A stretch of 64,000 nucleotides of DNA, taken from a virus. Lineage: Duplodnaviria; Heunggongvirae; Uroviricota; Caudoviricetes. The stretch is taken from IMG/VR virus record IMGVR_UViG_3300028832_000101, positions 49,380 to 113,379 of that record. The stretch is one strand, 5' to 3'. Each line of letters starts with the position of its first letter. Position 1 is the first letter of the stretch. Position numbers and translations under genes: made by a program. The notes beneath the pieces are model-generated. The model saw nothing but the letters and a program-made list of their open reading frames with translations. It was not told the origin of the DNA and did not search any database. Of this stretch, positions 56,150 to 64,000 are shown piece after piece.

Positions 56150-56212
56150 TCATATCCATTAAATATTATAAAAAATTGATTAAAATTGTTATTTATATTT
56201 GCCCAAATAAAA
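56150..56212 (-). promoter_or_regulatory. degenerate copy 4 of bipartite late-promoter-like motif
   Basis: box A TTTATTTGGGCAAATAT and diverged box B at the same 46 nt register. Confidence 0.4.
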
Positions 56213-56235
56213 AAAGATAGGCATAAGCCTATCTA
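56205..56235 (-). terminator. intrinsic terminator agataggcataagcctatct + T-run (minus strand)
   Basis: contains stop of gene 56229-56663. Confidence 0.55.
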
Positions 56236-56663
56236 GGAATCATACTAAAGTAATAATATACTTTATCTTCTTTTGCATCTTCATCACAAATAAAATCTTT
56301 ACTGAATTTAGCATAATATTCTACATTATCATTAAATAAATCATTGTAATCATTATAAGCACTATTCATTACGATTCAAAAGTCAACAGGTCTAATATTC
56401 TCATAATTATATTGTTTTCTTACTCCTTCAGTATCTTCAAGAGTTCATTTCATTCCATAAGGTTTCATATTTTCAATTAAACCTTTTGCTATTTCTTCGT
56501 TTAACACTTTGCCTTCAGACATTTCATATAATTTTCTTTCAATTTCTTCTTTATCAATAGCATTAGAATGCTCAATGATATGAGATATAAAATTAATTAA
56601 TTCATCTTTCTTATCATTATTATCTGAAGACATTATTTTACTGACATATTTTTTTATTTCCAC
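56229..56663 (-). CDS. hypothetical 144 aa protein (GTG start)
   Basis: track ORF 56445-56663 continues through TGA to TAG at 56229; RBS aggagg. Confidence 0.5.
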
Positions 56664-56675
56664 AATAGCCTCCTA

Positions 56676-57239
56676 TTATATTGATGTATAAGGACATTGA
56701 TAATAACAAGGAGGATTTAATACATATCTACCTTGTAAATTTAAAATTGAGTCAGTTGAGTTTTGAATAGCGGCAGTGATTGCTGCAGTTTGATTTGCGT
56801 TAGATAAAGCATCTCTAGTTGTTTGTAATTTATCACTTATTTCTCTAATATAGTTATCTTGGATCATTTGTCTAGTAGCATTTCCTTCTTGAGCAACTAG
56901 GTTGCCAATTGCGGCGATACTATTACTTAATTGTAATGACATATCTTTCATACTTACTAAATTATTATAAGCAGAGTTTAATACAGTATCAGTAATTCCA
57001 CATTGTCCTTGAGCTAATCCTCTGATTGCATTATCTTGAGATTGGAAATATAAGCTATTTTGTAAATCGCTTTGACCTAAAGCAGTTGCACTATTTCCCC
57101 AGAATCCTCCATTTCCACCAAATAATAAGATGAAAACGATAATTAATGCTAAAATACCATTTCCTCCAAATAATCCGTCTCCGCTACCTTTAGTTAATGC
57201 TAACACATCAGCAGCTGACATTCCTGTACTTTCATTCAT
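56676..57239 (-). CDS. Gly-rich membrane protein, 187 aa
   Basis: hydrophobic ILALIIVFILLFGG; RBS ggaagggga. Confidence 0.55.
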   Translation of the reverse strand: MNESTGMSAADVLALTKGSGDGLFGGNGILALIIVFILLFGGNGGFWGNSATALGQSDLQNSLYFQSQDNAIRGLAQGQCGITDTVLNSAYNNLVSMKDMSLQLSNSIAAIGNLVAQEGNATRQMIQDNYIREISDKLQTTRDALSNANQTAAITAAIQNSTDSILNLQGRYVLNPPCYYQCPYTSI

Positions 57240-57294
57240 TTTTCTTTCCCCTTCCTAAATATTATTTATTTATATATAATAAAAAGTTAGTTTC

Positions 57295-57519
57295 CTAACC
57301 TTTATTACCATTAATTAATCTAATCATTTGCGCAAGTTGTTCTTTACTTATTCCGCGTTCATTACACATCTTAGCGATAGCTTCCGCCTGTTCATTATTA
57401 GGTCTATTATTAATATTGTTAAAAAGTTGTAACTGTTGCGGATTTAGTAGACTTAACAACGCTTGTTGTGGTTGATTTGACATCATCACTTGCGACATTA
57501 GACTTTGTAGATTGACCAT
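57295..57519 (-). CDS. Gln-rich small protein, 74 aa
   Basis: RBS ggagggg; overlaps 3' end of next ORF. Confidence 0.45.
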   Translation of the reverse strand: MVNLQSLMSQVMMSNQPQQALLSLLNPQQLQLFNNINNRPNNEQAEAIAKMCNERGISKEQLAQMIRLINGNKG

Positions 57520-57877
57520 TTATAATCCCCTCCAACTCTTTCACTTTTGTTTCTAATTCTTCTATTTTTAAATCCTTTTCATCTTTAGGAATAATAATAT
57601 CATAACTTTTACTTATTGTTCCATCAACTTCTTTAATAGATATTTTCCCTTTATGTTCATCTATAAATAAAGTTTTTTTAGTAATAAGAATATTATTTAT
57701 ATCATCATCTTTTGTTAGATATTTTATTTCAATATCAGAAGAACTAGATGTATTAATGATATTTTGAACTGGAGCTTGTTGATTCATCAATCCTTGACTA
57801 TATTGATTTATCATATTTTCAATATTATCTTTTTGTCGATATAATTGATTAATCATTCCATTATAATTATAAGGCAT
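57419..57877 (-). CDS. hypothetical 152 aa protein with coiled-coil C-terminus
   Basis: RBS ggaagggga. Confidence 0.5.
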   Translation of the reverse strand: MPYNYNGMINQLYRQKDNIENMINQYSQGLMNQQAPVQNIINTSSSSDIEIKYLTKDDDINNILITKKTLFIDEHKGKISIKEVDGTISKSYDIIIPKDEKDLKIEELETKVKELEGIINGQSTKSNVASDDVKSTTTSVVKSTKSATVTTF

Positions 57878-57906
57878 ATAAATTCAATCCCCTTCCTAAA
57901 AACAAA

Positions 57907-57951
57907 AAACCGCACAGTAGAAGTTAACGAATTAATCTACTGTGCGGTTTA
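57907..57951 (-). terminator. strong intrinsic terminator accgcacagtaga...tctactgtgcggt + TTTTTTGTTTTT on minus strand
   Basis: 13 bp GC-containing stem; sits inside the leader of gene 57419-57877. Confidence 0.65.
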
Positions 57952-57955
57952 ATTT

Positions 57956-58020
57956 ATTTTCAATCCATTTCCAAGAGTAAAATCAATCCTTTTCCTTTGA
58001 AGTAAATTAATTCAATCCCT
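57956..58020. repeat. three direct repeats of TCAATCC(n)TT(T)CC spaced about 24-25 nt
   Basis: tcaatccatttcc, aatcaatccttttcc, attcaatccctctc. Confidence 0.5.
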
Positions 58021-58161
58021 CTCTAATTCGAGATTAAGAGAAAAAGATACATCAGAAATTCTTTCTTCTTTTCCCTTACATGTATATATGAATTTTAGCT
58101 TAGCCAAATTATAAAGATTGTCCCAAAGTTGTAAAAATTTTTGCTAAAATTTCATAGCTTA

Positions 58162-58809
58162 TTAAATTTCAATAAAATCATTAGCAACAATATCTTGATT
58201 TTGAAAAATTTTTGCTTTATCTGTAATAGATAAACTATCATTATCTATACGAAGATATACATCTAAATAACCTGTTGTAACAACAGCTTGGTTATATGCA
58301 GGAATCCCGCCATTATGTCTTGCAGAAGCCCCAAAAGCACCTCACCAATTTCCTTCAGTACCATTATTACAACAAATATAAGTATTTGCACTAGCTACTT
58401 TATATGCTCCTCCATAATTTGATGATGGTGTCGTATATCCTGTAGTTGTTATGAAAGTAATATTAGCTGGAGCAACATTACTATAAGTTGCTATATTAGG
58501 ATTATAATTTTGAACCCATCTAAATTTAGATTCATTTGCAGTATCAGTTGTTTTTTCTTTTACTAATATTTCTCATTTAGTAGCACTATCAAATAAATTA
58601 AATTGTGCCCATCTATTCGTATCTTTATATACTCCATTTGCAAAACTATCTGAATTAGAGAAAATATAAGATGCAGGATTATTATGATGCAATACTTGAA
58701 TTCATATAGAACCATCTGGTTCAGTAATAATTACTGGATTAATAGCAGTTTGAAAAGAATAATTATTCATATAATTATTATTCCATATTCCATTTTTATA
58801 TACACTCAT
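58162..58809 (-). CDS. hypothetical 215 aa structural protein, possibly lectin-like
   Basis: full manual translation; RBS aaggagg; CCNNGTEGNWWGAFG segment. Confidence 0.55.
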
Positions 58810-58811
58810 AA

Positions 58812-60590
58812 TTATTCCTCCTTAAATTCATATGCATACATATTATTTGCGTTATCTACAAAACCGGCAGTGTCATATAATTGTTTTACATCTGCGGCAG
58901 ATAATGCAGTTGCATATATACGGAAGTCAGATAAACTACCATAATTTTTTGTATTTCAGCCTGTTCCTGTATAAGTGTTTCCAATTGAATTATTTAATAA
59001 TGGAATAGTAGTATCTGTATAAGTATTTTTTGTTAAAGTTTGTTCAACTCCATTTAAATATCATTTTGCCGTTCCTTTATTAAATACATATACTGCATGA
59101 TATCAAGTTCCTGCTGTTAATAATGAACCTCCTGCAGTATATTTACTTCTATAAGCTCATAATCCACAACCTTCACAATTTGTTGCTATTCATAAACCAG
59201 CCCCGGCAGGATTGTTATAAGGAGACATTATGCAACAATAACCACCATTTGAAGCATTGGGTTTTACTCAAAAAGAAATAGTTAATTCAGCCATATCAGG
59301 TATAGATAAATCAGTTTTTAAACCATCAATTCCTGTTGCACAGCTACTTCCCCCATTATATCTTGGTGCGGTAGAGTCAAAATTCAACGTTCCAACTTTT
59401 GTAGCATTATATCCATTTCCGCTTACATCAGTAAGTATCATATTATCAAAACCTAATTTAGAATACATAACATCACTTGAATTTGGTATTCAATCTGTTG
59501 CAACCTCTCCAATTTCAATTTTAGGATGTCTATACTTTATTGTTCCAGTAGTATCTCTCATAAAGAAACTTACATTTAAACCAGCTATATCATAATTTGT
59601 AACAGTTACAGTACAACTATATTTTACTCATCCAGTTGTAACTGCTGTAGGGATAGTTTTTCCGCCATATCAATCTAATCACTGATTGCTTCCCCCTGTT
59701 GTAGTATTTCTTGTAACAGACAGTTCAAAACCAACTCAAGGATTTGTAGTACCAAAGGTAAGTGCTTCTGTAATTTTATATTCCATAGAAAAAGTCAATT
59801 TTTTATTTTTAAAATCAGTTAATCCTGCAGTATCCATTGTTTGTGAAAAACTTATTCCAGATGCTTGAAGAGTATCAGAATGAAAAGTTACTTCATCTCC
59901 ATCAAAAGTATAAATTCCTGCATTAGTTTTATTAGACCAATCACTATTTTTAATATAATTTTTACCAGCTCCCATCTCCTCCAATTTATAATGACAAACC
60001 AATCCCTTTGAAATTTCTTTTATTTGTTTACGAGATAGGCATTCATCATATACACGTAAATCATTCATTACTCCTGTAATGATATTATTATTTTCTCCTA
60101 TATGAAAATCGGTAATTAAATACCCGCCTAATCCAGTATCTGTGTATAATAGACTTCCATCTACATAGGTGTAGAGATTTGCACCATTATAACTTACACA
60201 ACAATGATGTCAAGTTCCTTTTTGGCTTTCTTCAATTAATACTCTTGTCGCCTGCGTAACCCCAAAAGGTGAATTATTATGAAAACTACATGCTCTTGTA
60301 GATTGTGTTGCTTCAAATCTAAATTGAGCAGCAGCAGTTCCATCTGCTTGTTTACAAGTAAATCCAAGAGAATCGGCTCAATCTGATGTACAGCTATCTA
60401 CTTTTAATCAAAAACATATTGTGAAATTATCTAACCTAGATAAATTAGTAAAAGTAATTCTAGGAGATAAACTTAAACCCTTTCCGATTTTTCCTCCATT
60501 AGAATATGTAGGAGTTCCTGATACTGATAAAAAATCTATACCTTGATTTTTTAAGTTACCATTAAGAGGCAACCATACTCGTAAAGCCAT
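58812..60590 (-). CDS. tandem LamG/concanavalin-A-like lectin domain protein, about 592 aa
   Basis: MALRVWLPLNGN..., MNDLRVYDECLSRKQIKEI and C-terminal LSDFRIYATALSAADVKQLY are LamG hallmark motifs; track ORFs 59736-60068 and 60408-60590 joined by TGA. Confidence 0.6.
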
Positions 60591-60601
60591 ATGATTACCT
60601 C

Positions 60602-63600
60602 CTAACTAAAGATAAATTCAATACATTTATCTGTTGAATTATATTGAACTGTTGCGGCAGATGTTAATCCAATCTTACCATTTCCAGTTGTTATTTTATT
60701 TGGGAAACTTGTATTTCCACTTGCGTCTAATAATGTAGCAGTTCTGGTTATTGTAGCAAAAACACCACTATATTGTCTAACATAAATAGGTTCATTACTA
60801 TCGTCTGCAGTAGCAATTTCTAACCAACCTGCATTAGCGGCAGTTGCTCCTGCGGCAATTCTACCATAATCATTATCCCCAGCTTTAAATTGAACTTGTC
60901 TAGTGCTTGTTCCACTATTGGCAAATAGTAAATCACCTGTCATAGTGTCTCCAGCTTTTAATACATAATCACTACCGCCACCTCCGCCAGTAGGAGCATA
61001 AATTTTTGTAGATGTGCCATTAATCTTAATAGTACCTATTTCAGTTCCTTCTGTTAAAGTTTGAGTAAATGAAGTAGTACCTGTATTTAAAATTGTTCCA
61101 CCTGTTGTTGGGAATGTATGAGTAGATTCAGCAGTGGCAGACGCTGTTGCTTTTACTGTCGCAAATCCAGCCTTTTCTGCATATATTCTAATTTCGCCAT
61201 ATTTATTTCCTGCAGTTTCTGTCGCAGTAGCATTTCCTAAAGAAAGAATTGATCTACCTGCAGCACTTGCAGTACCTTGTAAAGAATAATATCTTAAACC
61301 ATCATTAGCATTAACTCCATTGGTACCAGATGTAGCTGTATACCATGTAGGGTAATACCAAGTACCTGTTGTTGGATTAGTATTTGAAATAGTTACTTTA
61401 TTATTAGTATCTGTATAAACTCTTGTAGTCCAATTTCCCCAAGTTCCATTAGTACAATATCTTACATAAGAATTGTTTGGGTTATTTGCATTTGTAAAAA
61501 TTTGTCTTGTTATATAATCTGAAGTACTAGCTCATCTAATTACATCAACATCTAATAAGAAAGGTTTACCTGTAACCGGGATATTAGTTATATTATTAGA
61601 GCCCCCATCAGTTTTTTCAATATAATGCATACTATTAGGACTTCCCGCAGATAAGTTTAAAGTATTAATATCTAAAGTTTGACTTGAAATATCAATTCTA
61701 TCATAACCTTTTGCATAGAAAGCTCCTGTACTTGGATTTGCAGTAAAATTAACTGATTTATTTGAACCAGCAGTTTCAGTAGTATCATTAGCTGAATTAG
61801 ATAATAATAATCTATAAGCTGAAGCTGTTGTACTATTTGTTTGAGTTACTTTATTATTTGTATCAGTATAACAACTACTAGGAATTGTTCCACTTAACTT
61901 TGTAGCATCTAGTGTACTACTAGCAGTTAATGGAGTAATTGTATTACTTCCAAGAGTAATAACCCCACTAGCAATTTTCGCATCTGTAATTCCATAACCA
62001 CTTAAAGTTGTTGGATTAGTTCCCGCAGTAACGTGTCCTGTTGCATTAACAGTTACACTTCTATATGTTCCCGCGGTTACACCTGAATTGGCATGTGATA
62101 AAGTTCTAGTTCCACTAGTTGTAATTGCGGAAGTACTATCAATAGCAATAGGTGAAGTCGCTTTAATTGTGACACTCGTTACAGTTCCACTAGGTTCATC
62201 ACCTGAAGGAATTAATACCCAAGTATTAGCACTTGAAGTTTTTGAATCACATACAAATGTATCTCCAATTTTTGCAGCTTGGCTTGCATAAGTACCTGCA
62301 GTGATAACTTTATAAGTATCACCAACTGATGCACTACCATCAACAGGTAATGCAGTAATAGTACCATTTGTACCTAAACTACCTTTAAATACCATTGGAT
62401 CTGGTAAATTATCAATAGCAGTTTGAACAAAGGCAGTTGTTGCAATTTGTGTGGTATTTGTTCCTGCAGTAGCTGTTGGTGCAGTAGGAATACCATTAGA
62501 AATTCCAATTGCTTCTTTATATGTATTACTTACTGTATTACCTAAACTTAATTTAGCATTTGCATCATCAGTAGTACTGAATGTTGTAACACCAACATCT
62601 GCAGTAGTTGCCGAATAATCTACTTTAAATCCATCTGTAGAACCTGTTACTGTAAATAAATTTGTACTAGCTATTGTTCCACTTGAAGCAAGAGCACGAG
62701 TAATAGCACCTGTCATTGCTCCACCAGATTTTTTAAGATAAGTAGAATTAATTGCATTCCCATCACTATCATTAGTAGCTTTACCTGCACTAGTCGCATA
62801 AGGGACTGTAATTGATTGTGCATTTCCACTACTTGGCGTTAAAGTTATTTTATTATTAGTTGTATCTGCAGCTAAAGTATAAGTAGTATTATTATCTGTT
62901 CATGGAATATTAACTGATAATTTTCCATTTTTATCTAATCCTACTGCATATTGTTTATTTGCAGTAGAACCCATATCTACGGCTTCAAGAGTAGATTTAG
63001 TCTCACTCTTTAAATTTGCTTTAATTGTACCTGTTGTAGTAACATCTCCACCTGTTAAACCTGCTCCAGTAGAAACTTTAGTTACAGTACCTGTATTAGT
63101 TGTATAACCTTTACCTTCAACAAAAGAAGCAACCGCTTGAGATGTAGGTAAATTAGTACTTGTACTAGCTGCGGAAATTGAAGTATCTACAGCTTTAGCA
63201 CTTGCAGCCGCTAAAGTATATCCATTATAAGTTTTATTTGTTAATGCTTGTGTATCACTTAAATTAACAACTTGTTTACTATTACTATAAACATGTCCAT
63301 CAGTTCCAACATAAGCAGTATCTTGTGAATAAGTTTGTGGATTAGCTGCTTGAGATTTGGCTCCTACGATAAAAATTTTATCTGAAGTATCTGTTGAACC
63401 TGCAGTATTTTTTGTATCACTATTATTATCAGTAGAATGACTCATCCAAACCCAATATGTACCATCATACATATAATAAAGAATTCTGTTCGCATAACCA
63501 TAAGCAGTTGTATTAGTGCCTGTATTTCCAGCTCCACTATGAGTATTATTATACCAAATATTTTTAGCTCCTGTACTATTTACATTTAATGTTATAGGAC

Positions 63601-64000
63601 TATCAGTTGTAGAACTATAAGTGTTTGTATTTGTAAATTTAACTCCTACAATAGTACCTTTAGCTAATTCCCAACCTGTTGTATCTGCTAAAGTAACTTC
63701 TTTATTTCTTGTATCTGCAGCAGTACTACAAATACCATAGAATGCTCTACGATTGTTTGTATCGCTTCCAGGAATTCCTAAAGCAGTGATATCCGCTTTT
63801 GCAACAGCAGTAACTGACTTAATATGTCCTTCTGCAGTTGTTGCAATTTTATATAATCCGCTATCTGCGGCAGTTGTTAATCTATTACTATCAGTTGCAT
63901 GAGTATAGGCAGTATTTCCATAATCACCTCTATAAGCAGTTGTAGATGAAGTTCCTAAAGCTAAATTACTTGTTCCTGCACCTATATTAGTACGGGCATT
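60602..64000 (-). CDS. giant Thr/Ser/Gly/Asn-rich tail fibre protein, at least 1133 aa, 5' end beyond window
   Basis: track ORFs 60602-60943, 61532-62716, 62900-63472 one frame joined by TGA; C-terminal YVLKAGDTMTGDLLF tail-fibre repeat motif; stop TAG 60602-04 inside RBS of next gene. Confidence 0.5.

Noticed and set aside
60602-60943. Treating ORF 60602-60943 as a separate 113 aa gene
   Set aside because: Rechecking the listed sequence, the frame upstream of its ATG is open (…GGGSDYVLKAGDTMTGDLLF…) and continuous with the giant fibre ORFs. An apparent TAG at 60971 came from a mis-transcribed line.
1-64000. Host is a Mollicute that naturally uses table 4
   Set aside because: About 7,900 early codons contain no TGA although Trp is frequent (all TGG). 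A late protein has cell-wall-binding-like repeats and the terminators and promoters are Firmicutes-like. Not fully excluded without host data.
1-64000. TGA encodes Gly (table 25, Gracilibacteria/Absconditabacteria)
   Set aside because: TGA aligns with invariant Trp in the NrdG and collar-domain motifs, and with TGG-encoded Trp in paralogs.
1-64000. tRNA genes (especially a suppressor tRNA), CRISPR arrays, integrase or transposase
   Set aside because: No intergenic gap long or GC-rich enough shows a tRNA-like T-loop or cloverleaf. No direct-repeat/spacer array and no recombinase motifs were seen. A real tRNA scan on the full genome is still needed.

Overview
This 64 kb window is AT-rich (roughly 30% GC) and reads as one densely coded piece of a large virulent-phage-like genome. 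No rRNA, tRNA, CRISPR array, integrase or transposase was recognised.

The window holds two convergent gene blocks that meet at a pair of intrinsic terminators near 35.75-35.84 kb.

(1) Plus strand, 1 to about 35.7 kb: an early/middle module with canonical sigma70-like promoters (TTGACA-N17-TATAAT). It encodes a near-complete replisome and nucleotide-metabolism set: a two-subunit type IIA topoisomerase, an NAD-dependent ligase, a DnaB-like helicase, a DnaG-like primase, a 1316 aa Pol III alpha, RNase H, a RecD-like helicase, a RecJ-like DHH exonuclease, a Sak4-like ATPase, a dNMP kinase, anaerobic ribonucleotide reductase NrdD and its activase NrdG, dUTPase, peptide deformylase, an SPFH/flotillin-like protein, a RuvC-like resolvase and a cluster of glycosyltransferases.

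(2) Minus strand, 35.8 to 64 kb: a late module of very large Ser/Thr/Asn-rich tail-fibre or adhesin-like proteins, with no capsid, portal or terminase in the window. It includes collar-domain proteins (among them three tandem His-rich paralogs), BspA-type leucine-rich-repeat proteins, a LamG-like lectin protein, a holin-like membrane protein, a GT2 glycosyltransferase and a truncated giant fibre.

Key observation: TGA is read as Trp (translation table 4). The recoding is partitioned. About 24 kb of replication genes contain no in-frame TGA and end in TAA/TAG, whereas almost every late minus-strand gene and the glycosyltransferase/NrdD/NrdG genes carry in-frame TGA codons. The supplied standard-code ORF track is therefore fragmented across the late region. 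Minus-strand genes were re-stitched manually. Their coordinates are approximate where I could not verify every codon.

A conserved bipartite late-promoter-like motif with fixed spacing recurs four times in the late module, each time just after an intrinsic terminator.
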